Shown here: positions 1 to 13,613 of the stretch, one piece after another
Numbering within the stretch: the first letter of the stretch is position 1
Layout: every line of letters starts with the position of its first letter
Assembly: GCF_038025025.1 (NCBI RefSeq)
Contig: NW_027117344.1
Location: 1,054,001-1,118,000 of the forward strand
Length of the DNA: 64,000 nt
Reading direction: 5' to 3'
Origin: Phyllosticta citribraziliensis
Lineage: Eukaryota
Position numbers and translations under genes: made by a program
The notes under the pieces: generated by a model
What the model was told of the DNA's origin: nothing
The model's database searches: none
The model's input: only the letters and a program-made list of their open reading frames with translations

Positions 1-3000
1 TAGTACTAACCTACTCCTACTTTAGGAGTATAGAACCTAGTACCTATAGATTACTTATTCCTATTTTTTATAAGGGTAGTAGTAAATATATAGAGCTCTA
101 CTAGTAGTATATTATCTCTTATTATATAGTCTATTATAAGAGTATAATAGCCTTCTCTATCCTATATTTCTTACTTATAAAGGTACTACTTTATACCCTT
201 AGGGACTAGGATATCTTTATATATAGAGAAAAGTAGTCTATTATAATTATAGATAGTAAGGCCTCCTATTACCTAGGGGTATATCTTATTAATATTAGAG
301 TTACTAGGCTTCTTTCTATTAATATACTTATTATAGCCTTCCCTACTAATAAGTCTATACTATTCTATAAGTATTATATACTAGATCTTACTATCCTTAT
401 CTTAGTAGTATAAGGCCTATTTATTAAGGTAATAATATAGGTTTAGTCCTCTATCTTTATAATAAAATAGCTAGAGTTAGTAGAGGTTATAGAACTTTAG
501 ATCTATTATTACTTAATAAGCTAAGTAGTAGAGGGTACCTATTATTATAGAGGATAGGCTTATATTAGGTAGGGGAAGATATTAATCTTTAATAAATATA
601 CCTAAAATATAGTTAATAATAGAAAAGTTACTAGTATCTATTAAGAATATAGTATCTTAGTCCTATTTATACTCTATAAAAGTCTTAGGATTATAGAATA
701 AATAGTATATACTTTCCTTTAAGAATAATTAGTCTTCTATTTTACCTTAGGGACTAACTACTACTAGTTTATCTAGTATAATATTAGGCGCGCCCCTTAG
801 TTTCTTTAATTATATAGTAATATTTAATATACTAATAGTCTTCTCTATTTTCTTTATCTTCTATAGTATAATTAGTCTCTTAGGTTCTACCCTTTCTTTT
901 CTCTACCTTAGTATTAGGGTATCTAGGAATTCCTTTTCTAAATCTATATTATTATTAGGAACTTAGGGTATATATTAAATTATAGTTATAATAATCTTAT
1001 TAGTATTATAGGAAATATTAATAAGTTAGTAAGTTTACTTTCTAATAGCTAAATTCTAGGCCTAGAGGTCTATATTAATAATATCTACTATTTTATAGCT
1101 TACCTTAATCTATAGAGTTACTCTAATTATACTAAAATTATAAGGAGTCTATATTAAACTATAATTATAAGGAGCTAGTATTCCTATATTAAGAAGGCTT
1201 ATAACTAGATTAAGGGTAAGACTAGGTTAAGGTATAGTTTCTAATAAAAAGATAGGTATCTACTATCTCTTATTCTTAATATCCTCCTCTAATTCTTTAG
1301 TAGTAAAGTACTTATACTTATTACTATAATTAGTATTATACTCTCTTATATATATTTCTAGTATACTACTATTATTATTACCTTAGTAGAAGCTATAGGT
1401 TTAATATTCTAAGCCTTTAGCCCCTAATATACTATATCCTTATATAGTTATAGAGGTAGAAGGTAGTATATTTATTATTAGTATATCTACTATTAGTATT
1501 ATAGTACTAATATATAGGATAGTCTTAAAGGGGTCTACTATCTCTTTATTATTAGTAACTTAGTTTAGTATATCCTATTATAAATACTTACTAGTATTAG
1601 GAGAGAAGTAGTTATTCTATACTTCTAGCCTAGGGATAGTATTATTTTACTTAAGGGTAGGTATACTATTACTAGTAGTAGGGGTATTATTTAGTATTAT
1701 ATCTACTAGTAGGACTATACCTATATTAGGTACTATATTATAATTATTATATAAAAGGTTCTACTATTCTTATAGGTTAGTAATATTTATTAAGGTAGTA
1801 CTAGTAAGTCTATTCCTATTATAGTTTAAAGGCTAACTATATTAGTCTCTTAGGTAGTTTATATATTTATATTATAGATAAGGTTATATAGTAAGGTTAG
1901 TATAGGGTTATAAGTTAATATCCTATAGGGCCTAGTATTAATTAGGTATATATACTATAGCTAATACTAGTTACCCTACTAATATATAGCCCTCTTCTTA
2001 CTTAGTAATACTTATATATATAAAATATTTTTAGTAGTAATATCCTTATAGGCCTCCCTTTATTAAGAGGTATTTAGGTATACTATATTAGCTCCTTCTA
2101 TAAGGTAGGTACTAATTTAGTACTCTTCTCTAGTAGTTTAAGGTTTCTTCTCCTTATTCTTTATACCTAGTAGATAATCTTACTACTTTAATACTATAGG
2201 AATAGCTATTTCTAGTAGTATATATAGTAGTTTATTATATAATAGCTTATCCTATAGTAGTTTATTATATACCTTAGTAGATAGTAGCTTATCTATATTA
2301 TTATTTTCCTTTAGGTCTTTAGATATAATAGTAGTATATTAAAGTAGTCCTAGTTTCTATTAGGGCCTATACTAGTCTAGCTTTACTATTATCTCTTTAT
2401 TTAACCTTATATTATATTCTCTAATAAGATCTATTACTCTCTCTAAATTATTTAAGTTATACTATACTTAATACTATAGCCCCTAGCCTTTCTAATTAAT
2501 TAAGTATTATAGTTTCCTAGTCCTATAATATTTATACCTATCTACTAAGTATAAGATTTTATACTTAGGTATTAGCTTATTAGTATTAATAATAGGTCCT
2601 AGCTCTAATATAGTATTATACTTAAAAGGGTTAGGACTATCCTTTTCCTTTTTTAATTAGGAGATATTAATAACTAGATAAATCCTTAAGCTACTAGGGA
2701 TAGCTAGTTTATAGGCTTATATACTAACTACTTATATTACTTTATAAGGTCTAGTATATATATTCTAGAGTTTCTATAGTAGATTACTATATACCTTATA
2801 ACTATAATATAACTATAGATATACCTTATCCCCTAGTTTAAACTAGACTAGATAGTATTTACTATTATATTACTCCTTTTATACTACTACTATAAAAGTA
2901 AGGGCTTCTTAGGCTTTAATATAGTAGTTTAAATAGAGGGTTTTTAAGTCTATATCCTTAGTAGATTCTATCTAGTTATATCTATTATCTTATAGGTTAA

Positions 3001-6000
3001 ATCTATATAAGATTTTATAGGGGGTATATCCTATTAAGGTATTTTAAGAAGAATTTATAGTCCTTTAAATATAAGGGAGAGTATCTACCTAACTCTAATT
3101 AGGGTTAGCTATAATAAAGAACTATAAGGTAATTTCTACTATTTAATTAGTATACTTACTTTACCTATCTATTTAGAGATAGTAAGTAGTAGTAGTATTT
3201 AGGTTAATTTTTATTATCTTAAAAATACTACTTATAAATTACCCTAACTAATAAGAGTCCTAGTCTATAATTATAATAGAAGGTAGACCCTACCTATATC
3301 TATAAAGTTCTTTAAACTATAAACCTCCTTAATTATCTATAGTCTAGGTCTCTTAACTAGGGATTAGTAAGATTACTTTAAAAAATTTATAGGTTATAGT
3401 TAAAAATATATTAAAACCCCCTTTACTATATATAGGTAGCTTAGTAATAAAATTAATATATATAGTAAAGAAGGGGACCTTTACTACTATAATAGGGACT
3501 ATTAACCTATTAGGTTTATATTAAGGTATTTAGTTAATATAATAGTTAGAATAGTAATTAATATATACCTATACCTACTAGTATAGGTACCTTATATAGT
3601 AGTAAGTATAAATATAATCTATATATTAGTCTATACCTTAATAGAAATACTAATTATATACTTATTTAAATACTACTTATTTATAGCTTTAGAGAATATA
3701 TAGCTATTCTTACTAGTCTCTTAAGTAGTCTATAAAGTAGATTAGCCCTTTCTATAGGAAGAAGTATAGATTAGAGACTAGTCCTTTATAGGGGTCCTTA
3801 TTTTCTTCTATATTATTAAGAGGAATAGGCTCTACTACTATAATAGGGGCTAGTATTACTATAGGTATAGGGTTTATACTAGTAGGTTACTCTATAGTTA
3901 TTATAGGGTTTACTAGCCTATAGTTATATTCCTACTACTACTTAAGGGCCTACTCTAAAATATAGAGTACCTTTACCTATTATATATTAGTACTATATAC
4001 TATATAGAGCTCTTACTTAAATCTATTAGAGAGCTTTACTAATACTATATAAAAGTAAGTAGTAGTATTACTACCTTTTAAGGTATACTAAACTAGGTCC
4101 TTATTATTAGGGAATTCTATACTATTAAGGGTATTATCTATATTTATAGTTACCTTAGATAGTAATTAGCTTAATATATTAGGGATAATATAGTTCCTCC
4201 CTAGCTAGTATTATACCTTTAATAGATACTAGCTTAGATATTAGCTTATATATATTAGATATAGGTTTAGTTACTCTATAGATTAGGAGTTTCTAAAGTA
4301 TAGCTAGTATATAATAGTAGTAACTACTAAATAGTTAGTAAATATCTAAGTATCCTTAGAGGCCTATATAAGTATTTATAATTTTTTAACTACTTAAATA
4401 ACTCCTATTATCTTAAGCTTAGTAGTCTAGTATCTTATCTTAACTCTTAAAAGATACTAGGATAAGAAGGCTATTAGCTTAATAAACTACTTTAGAAAGT
4501 CCTTAGCCTTTTTAAGCTAATTTATAGTAGGGTTTTTACCCTCTATATTCTCTATATTTATAGTAGGAGTCTAGTCTTCTATAACTAGTTTAGAATTACC
4601 TTTTATATAGTAGGCTATTATACTAAAACCTAACTCTTTACTAGTATCTATATTAATAAAAAGGGGCCTCTTAGGTATATAGTAAAAATACTATTATATT
4701 TTATAAAGGGTTATTTATATAGCCTTAAATAATACTACTAATACTAGGGAGTCTAGTAGTACCTATACTACTATATATTAGTAGTATACTTATTTATCTT
4801 TAGAAGTACTTTATAATAGTATAGTCTTTATAGCTTCTAGTAGTTCTACTAGTTATATATAGTAGGGATAGTTATCCTATAGCTAGCTAGTAAGCCCTAT
4901 AAAGATTTTTAGTTCTTAGAGGGTCCTTAAGAATTTAAGGTCTTTTAGAGCTTAGATCTTAGCTTCTAATATTATAATACTAAACCTAAATACCTACTAT
5001 CTTAATAGTATAATAGATAGGTATCCTAACTAAGACTTCTTAGTACTTAGGCTTATATTTATACTATTAAGGATAGTAAATACCTTTTTAAGGTAATCTA
5101 GGTATTCTTCTAATATTTTAAAGAAAATAGTAATATTATTAATATATATTTATATAAAAGTATAGTAGTCCTAAAGAAGAGTATTATACTACTATTATAT
5201 ATATTATATAGAGTTATAGTATCCTATTAGGGCTATATTTAACTATTTAGTACCTTAGTAGATAAGTATAATTAGCTTATATTAGTTATTAGAATAGATC
5301 TACTATTAATAGAAGAAAGAGATAGTATCTACTACTAAGATATAGAGGTAGCCCTAGATATTAGAGATAATATTAATAATTAGAGGGAGTAGTTATAAGT
5401 CCTTTTTACTAATAGTATTAAGGGCTTATATATCTATAACTACTTATCCTTTCTACTCTAAGGTCCTATTCTCTCTAGGGACTAGCTTTTATACTATAAA
5501 TATAGAGAAGTTAAGATAAGTATCTCTATATACCTATTCTACTTTTTCTTATTTATATATAGGGTTAAGTATAGTATCTTAGAATTTATAGTCCCTTTAG
5601 AATATAGGGTATAGTCTTTAATATTTAAAATATTTATACTAGCCTAGAATTAATAGTATCTTTATCTAATCCTTTTTAAGAACCTTAATAAATCCCTTTT
5701 AGTTATAGAAAAGGTCTTAAAACTAATCTACTAATTTCTAGTATAGTAACTAGACCTTAGGGTTTCTAAATATAATAATACTATTATTAAGCTTAGCTTC
5801 TTCTATAATAGGGATAGTAGGATTTAAACTAGCTAGGCTATATTCTATATTTATAAGGTAGTATACCCTATTAAATTCTATTATAATAATACTACCTAGC
5901 TATATATTCTAAGAGATTATAAGAGACTAATCTAAGTTATTTCTAGTAATAATCTAGTTTATATCTATACTAGTAACTATAGTATAAAGGGTACCTCCCT

Positions 6001-7342
6001 TTTATAGGAAAGGTATAGGATATATAGTTTTATTAGAATAGAACTTATATACTTAGTAAAGGAGGTCTAGTTCTAGGATTTTAATAAGTAGCTTTACCTA
6101 GGACTATAGGGGTATTATTATATTTTTTATAGTATATATATATTAATAGATAGGAGTAGAAAATAGCTTAGTTATTATACTAGTATTTAGTCCCTTTAGC
6201 CCTATATATAGCTATACTACTTAATTCTAACTAATATTAATAATTACCCCTTTAAGATATAGAAGGTTATTTCCTATAAGTAGAGGGATATTTAACTTAT
6301 TAGTTATCTAAGTATAATAGAGAAGAAAACTAAGAGCCTATCCTATTTTAATTTATCTAGATAAGTAAAGAGAAAGTATTATATAATTAGTATATTCTAT
6401 TTTATATCCTACTCTAGTAATAATTATAGGTTTTTTAAGTATTATTATCTTAATATTAAGGAGCTTTTCTTTTAAAAATATTCTATTTACTATTAAGGAG
6501 GAGGTACCTATATTAAGGTACCTAATATTTATTATTCCTATAGGGGTTAGCCTAAAACTAATCTCTATTAATTAATATTTAGGAAATAGAGATAGATTAT
6601 CCCCTATACTAAGTCCTATAAAGGCTATAGATAACTCTAAGATTAGTACCTTTAATTCTATATTAACTATAGCCTTATCCTTTATCTTCCTATATTTACT
6701 ATTAACTATATTAAACCCTAATATAGTAAGGTAGACTATTTAGTAATAGTATCCCTAACTAAGTATAGAAGTACCTTACTTATAGTACTATATTACCTAT
6801 ACTATAAGGCTAAAAGGAAAGATTAATACCTACTAAAGGGCTATAACTACTAGAGTAAAGATATACTAAAAGGGGATAATATATTATTTAGTTCTATTAT
6901 CCTAATAGCTTTTAGATACTAGTTATCTATTAATTAAATAGTACTTTATTTAGGTCCTAAGTCCTTAAGGGGCTTAATACTAGCTTAGTTTAAACTATAT
7001 TTAAAACTTATATCCCTTAGGTACTAATATAATTTATATTTAAAAGGGAAGCTTATCTAGTACCTATTATATACTTTCTAGGGATTAAGTATTATTATAT
7101 TATTACTAGGAGTATAGTTAAAAGTATTATCCTAGATAAGTATATATCTATACTAAGAGTAGTAGTTAGCTCCTATTATAATTATAGGCTTACTATTATT
7201 TAACTATAGGTTTTCCTTATTAGTTATAGGGGTCTCTATACTAGTATCCTTATTACTTTTAATATCTTTACTTCCCTTACTAGTATCCTTATACTTACTT
7301 TTAGAACTATTCTAGGTATAGTATTATATATATATAGTTAGT

Positions 7343-7384
7343 TTATAGTTATAGTTATAGTCACAGTTATAGTTATAGTTATAG
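7343..7384. repeat. Hexamer tandem repeat (GTTATA)n with one less-mutated GTCACA unit, in the gag region of A
   Basis: Seen directly; probably a RIPed dipeptide (Arg-Asp-like) coding repeat on the minus strand. Confidence 0.7.
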
Positions 7385-10300
7385 TAATTCTTAGGCTTTA
7401 AGTAGGACCTAGAACTAGACCCTTTTAGGTTAGGAGTAGGGAGTATACCCTACTTAAAGTAGGTTATCTATTTTATATTACTTAGTCCCCTAGTACTTAT
7501 ATTATACTAGGACACTAAACGCACTCTATTAGATTAATTATAGGATTAGCTAGTAGTCTATATTAAGATATATCCCTAATTCTAGCCCTTAGAGAAGAAT
7601 ACCTTATTAGTAGTAGTTATATTAAAATATTAGGATAGATATTCCTAAGTCTATTAGTAACTCTTAATATTCTTAATAAATACTTAGATAGTAGTATTTA
7701 CTATTAGTTTAGGGATCTACTACTAGAAGTAAGGGTTAATATATATATAGGTATTAGCTAATTAATTATATATAGTAGGAAAACTAGTAGCTTATTCTAG
7801 ATATATATAGGTAATAATAAAGTCTCTTATACTTTTAGTATAGACCTCTAAGAGCCTAAAGTATACTCTATTTAATATTTTAATAGCCTTATATTATATT
7901 ATACTAAAGTCTTTATATAGTAGTAAAGTCTAATTATTAATACTATATCTAGTATATATAAAAGCTTAGTCTTCCTCTATAAGTTAGGAGGTATACTATA
8001 TATTTAATAATCCTTTTAGATACTTCTATAGGTTAGTATAGATTAGATCTATTCTATAAGTAGTATAAGCTATTAAGGTACTATTAATAAACTATTCTAT
8101 AGTATAGTATAAGACCTTCCCTTATTTAATTATACTATCTCTATAGCTAATATCTTCTTCTAGTAGATTAGGGTTAAAGTAACTAATATTATCTAGATAG
8201 AAATACTAGGCTATCCTCCCTATATATAGTTCTAAAGCTAAGGCCTAGTTATACTCCTTATTATCTCCTATACCTTATAAGGGAATAAATTAAAAGGTAG
8301 TAGACTATTTATTCTCTTTATCCCTATTCTTAGAGGAAGGAGAGTTTAATAGGAGTAGTTCCTTTATCTTATACTAGATATATCTTTTCTAGTATCTCTA
8401 TCTTTAGTTTTTACTAAAGAAATAGTTCCCTTCCTATAATTATAGTAGTCTTAGTAGTACTCTCTCTCTACTTTAAGGTATATTTATTTTAAGTATAAAT
8501 AGGTATATATTAAGCTTCTTAAATTACTTATTAACCCCCTTATTTATTATAGTAAGGTTTATTATCTATACTTTCTATTATTTAGAGAATATATCTTAAA
8601 GTATATCTAGCTTTACTTCTAAAGATTTTAAGGTTATAATAGGCTACTAGATCTCCTTAGTCTAGTCTATAGTACTTTACTAGTTATATATATATAGGAG
8701 TATTATATTATATAGGGGTAGCTAGTTATAGTATATATATCTTAGGGGAGGATTCTAGTTTCCTAGTAGCTATTAATTAGAAAAAGGAAGACTACTATAT
8801 AGGTATTAGCTAGAGATCTAAGTAAAACCTAGGCCTATACTACTCTAGAAAATATTAGATAGTTAACTAAAAGGTTAGTAAGAATAGCTATAAGGTAGCC
8901 TATAATTAAATAGGAAGGGAAATTATTTAAACTAGCCTTTATAAATATAGCTAGTATCTTTCTTAAAGTTTAGTAGAATATACTAGTCTTTAAAATTATT
9001 ATCTATAGAAGAATAGGGACTTTATAAATTATATTTTAGCTTATTATTTATAGGTAGGCTACTAGTATAGGTAACTAGCTACTTTCCTTTAGAAGGTTTT
9101 AATTAAAAAGTCTAAAGAGGTATTATCTACTTATCTTAAAGCTAGTATAGCCTTATAGTTATATATATCTATAACTAGAGTTATTAATAGGTATATATAG
9201 AAGTAGAGTAATATAAAGAAGATAAGTATCCTTAAGTAGGTATAGGTATTAGTAAAATAGGTTATTAAGGCTCTATAAATAGTATAAGTTATGGATAAAT
9301 TAATATATAGTATAGAGATTTTAATTAAGGTTATCTATAAAGTAAGGTAATAGGTATTTATATCTAAGAAGAGGGTAGATCTATTAAGTAGATAACTAAT
9401 TAGCCCTTTCCCTATCTAGGTATAGTATAGCTACTAGTAGGAGGAGTAGGTTCTAACTATTCCTAGATTAACTCTAGTATAACTTCTAGAGTAATTATAG
9501 TAGGTCCTAAAGGTAACTAGGGTACTATCTTAGCTTATAACTAAGGATATACTTTAAAGACTATATTTAAGGCTAATACCTCTAATATAATAGGATATTC
9601 TAGTATAGTTAGAGAAAGGTACTAGAATAGATTATATAGAGACTAGGATATCCTTAAGCCTATATTTATATTATATTAGCCTACCTCCTTATATAGTATA
9701 GTTAGGACTAGGTTTAGTAGTAAATCTACTATATTAATAGAGGTTAGTATATTTAATATTATAGTTCTTATACCTTTAGCTAGAGCCTCTTCTATATATT
9801 CCTATTCTATAACTACTAGGTAATTCTCTAGGAATAGTTTAATATAGGTAGTATTAATTTATTCTAAGGCTTACTAAAAAGTAGCCTAGTTTATACCTTC
9901 TATAGAGTCCTAGTATACTAGATAATCTAGATACCTTTAAGAGGCTATAGTTTATTAAGTAGATACTCCTATACTATCTAGGGGCTTAAATATTTCTATA
10001 ATAAGGTTAATATAAGTCCTTATTACTAGGGTAATCTATTTAAGCTATTACTTATATTTACTATAATAAAGGAAGGCCTTAAGTTACTAAATAAATAGTA
10101 TATCCTTTTCTAAAACTAATATAGTAAACTTATTATTTAGGGACTATATTATAGATAATTCCTTATACTAGTACTAAGTATAAAAGGAAGGGATAAGAGT
10201 AGTAGAAATAAGGGTCCTACTATAATAATACTAGTACTAGGTTATATAAGAAAGGAGATCCTTACTAGGTACTATATAGAAGTATATTATTAGCTATTTT

Positions 10301-10596
10301 AAGGGGATCTTTCTAGGTTTTAGTAGAAGTAGACTTATAGTATTTATATATTAGTAGTAATAAAGGTCCTAGATATAGAGGGGATACTATAGTAAAAGGA
10401 AGTACTATAGTACTTTTAGCTATTAAATAATATTATAAGTTTAGTTAGGATATCTTTTCTTAAGTAAGGATTATATTATTATTATTTCTATCTTAGCCCT
10501 AGGGCCCTACTTATTCTTATCTATTTACTTATACTACTAAGCCTACTAGCTAGTACCTGCCTTGCTTACCTAAGGCATCCCTAACTATCTATAGAC

Positions 10597-11086
10597 TGTA
10601 ATATCCTTTTTCTCTTCCTTAAACCTAAATTACCCTTTACTTATAAGTTATACTTTTAGGTCTTATAATAGCTTTATATATAACTATTATAATAATAGCT
10701 TATTAGGAAATATAGTAAGATTCCTAAGAGCCTAATAGTATACCTAGTAAGTTAGGTACTAGGGGTAATATAAGGGTTTACCCCTAGATAGGTACTACTA
10801 TAAGTAGTAGAGTTTAGTCTATTATAATAGTCCTTACTATTTATAATACCTAAGCTAGTTTCCCTCTTAGCTAGTAGGGACTAGTACTAAGTAAGTAAAG
10901 ATTCCTTTCTTACTAAGAAACTTCTATCTTAAATATCTTTATAAGTACTAGTACTATAGACTTAAGAGCTATACTATTTAATAGGGCTTAGCCTATAGTA
11001 CTTATATATAATATTAGGGGATAAATAATCTGCTCGTTATCTTTATACTTTAGTATCTAATCTTAGATAAAGACCTTATTTTTATA
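10597..11086 (-). repeat. Putative 5' LTR of element A (~490 bp)
   Basis: Begins TGTAAT at 10597 and ends ...TTTATA (RIPed ...CA) at the junction with C'. The partner LTR is not in the window, so the inner boundary is unconfirmed. Confidence 0.55.
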
Positions 11087-13613
11087 ATAGAGGTCTAACT
11101 TTATATAGATAATAGCCTCTAAGATATAGTCTATTAGCTCCCTAATTAGTAGTAAAGGGTAATAATTCTTAATAGTAGCTTTATTAAGCCCCTAGTAATT
11201 TATATAAAGATATAGGGTCCTATTAGCCTTTAGAATAAAGAGAATTAGGGCTTTAATAGGTAACTTACTAGGTCTAATCTATTTAAGGTATAGTACTTTT
11301 TCTAGGTACTCCTTAAGGATACTTAGTTCTCTCTTAGATAAGTTATAGATTAGTAACTATAGTAGTATTTTACTATCCTCTAGATTAATTATATAGTTAT
11401 ATTCTATATTTTAGGCTAAGATACTAGTAAGTTTATTATTAAAGATATTATTAAACTTTATATACTATTCTAGGAGGGCCTTAAGGGGCTCTTTACTAGT
11501 ACCTATATAGGTTATTAAATCTTAGGTATAACTACTATTAGATATATTAATAGTAGCTATAAATAATTATATATCCTATAGGGTCTTTATAAGACCTAAG
11601 TAGCTAATCTATTAGGGTTACTATACTATAGTATCTATAGTCTAGGTATAGTAGATATATTCTTTAAGGCTAACCTTATCTTTTAGCTTATCTAATAAGA
11701 TATACTTAATTACTAGCTTATAATTTAGGTTAACCTAGAAGAATAATATTCTATATTTTTAGGAGTACTTAAAGTAGTACTTAGCCTTACCTATCTATTC
11801 TAGGCTAAGAATAAGATTAAATACTACCTTCTAACTTTTTTAGAATAGTTAGGGGCCTATAGTTTAACTATAATCTTAATTATTCTAGGTTATAGTTAGG
11901 AACTTATAGGCTAAGCCTAAGATAAGAGAAGACCTATCTACTAAGATAGTAATTAGGTAGTAACTAGGTAGTACTTAGATAAAGATTAATTCCTTATCTA
12001 AGACTATAGACCTCTAGATTATATTTAGGGTTATACTATTATTAATAAGGGCTATTAGAGAGTAAGTCCTAATAGCTATATTATATATAACTTATACTAC
12101 TAATAAATTATCTATTACTTAATAGCTTCTTTATCTATTCTCTTATCCTAGTTATTAAGAAGCTCTTAGATATATAACTAAGGTATATCTTTTTTTAATT
12201 TCTTATTAGCTAGTAATTAGTCTCTCTTTAGCTAGGGGGTACTATTTAAATAGCTTTAATTACTATTCTAGTATCCCTTTTAGCTATTCTTTAAGTATAC
12301 TAATTTATTAGTCCTACTCTTAGATATTAGTCCTTAGTACTTTTTCTCTAGCCTTAGCCCTTAAGAGGGTATTAAACTAGGTTTAAACTAGCCCTATTTA
12401 GGTACCCCCTTAGGATTATCCTTTTTAAAGGGCTATTTAAGTAGCTCCTTAGCCTTTTTAACTTTAGTAAATACTTTATATTTAATCTTTATCTAGCTCT
12501 TAATACTTATCTCTATTAGCTTAATATAGAGTATAGGGTATACTTATAAGAACTAGTATATAATATAATATTCTTTATCTATAATTTTAAACTTTAGATA
12601 GTATTTTTCTACTTCTAGTATAGACTATAGGCTTTTAAACTTCTACCCCTTTTCTTAGGTTATATTAAAGAACTTTATATATATTTTAAATCTCTATATA
12701 TTAGGGTCCTAGATTTAATTTATTATAAATATATAAAATTCTTTAAAGTATACTAAGGGGTTTATTTTTAAGTTAAGGGTATTAAATACCTTATTATATA
12801 GGTTTACCTTATTAATAGCTAGCCCCTAGATAGCCTATTATAACTAGTACTCTAAATCTTTAAAAGTACTATATATTTTAAATATATTATTTAAGGCCTA
12901 GAACTAGGAGTTAATATCTTTTACCTCTATACTTATAAGCTTAGATATAGGGGCCTTAATAAGAGAGTTAAGAGGGTTATAATAGGAGGCTTATAACTTA
13001 GGCTATAAGTAGCCTCTTATTAGGCCTAGATTAAATAGCCTTAAGAGGCTTCTCTTAATCTCTTAGAGCTTCTAGATTTACTAGTATATTTTAATAAGCT
13101 CTTTAGTATCTATTAAGTTAAATATTATTAGTAGTACTATAATCTTCTTATTAATAGTTACTATATATAGGTTTAGTATTAGTATAGCTAAGTAGTAGCT
13201 TATACCTTTATTTAGATTCTAACCTTTACTATAAGTATCTTTACTAATTAGGGGGTAGTCTAGCCTTTAATTAATAGACTCTTAGCTATTAAGTAGTTAG
13301 CTAGTAACTAATAAGCTAGTATTAAGAATAATACTTATTAAATAGATAGTAGGAGCTAGTATTTATTAATTTAACTAGTTATAGTAGTTAAAGGTTTTAA
13401 ATATAAGATTTAGTACTATAGGGGGTTAAATTAAGTAGGAATAGTATATTTAGTATCCTTAATAATAGATAAAACCTTAGTTTCTAAGGGTTTATCCTAG
13501 CTAGGGGTTTTATATATTCCTTACTTAGCCTTATAGCCCTTTTAGGGCCTAAGGGGGTACTATATAGCCCCTACCTAGGTTCCTCCTTAGTAAGGGTAAG
13601 GGCTAGTATTATA
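11087..13613 (-). mobile_element. Ty3/gypsy element C' (5' LTR, gag, protease, start of RT), interrupted by A
   Basis: Reverse complement aligns colinearly with element C 33408-~35925; 212-bp LTR at 13402-13613. Confidence 0.92.

Larger units (their letters stand above)
1..11086 (-). mobile_element. Ty3/gypsy LTR retrotransposon A (RIP-inactivated; runs off the left edge)
   Basis: De-RIPed minus-strand motifs: RT YIDDITIF..LEEHLDHL (~5100-5146), RNase H PLFIDVDASKELGFG (~4620-4675), integrase PF.TI.IDFITKLP (~3435-3480), protease-like LDTGA (~6175-6190), chromodomain-like WTG.GP (~2360-2380), Cys/His knuckle (~7470-7525). Right end interrupts element C' exactly at 11086/11087. Confidence 0.85.
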
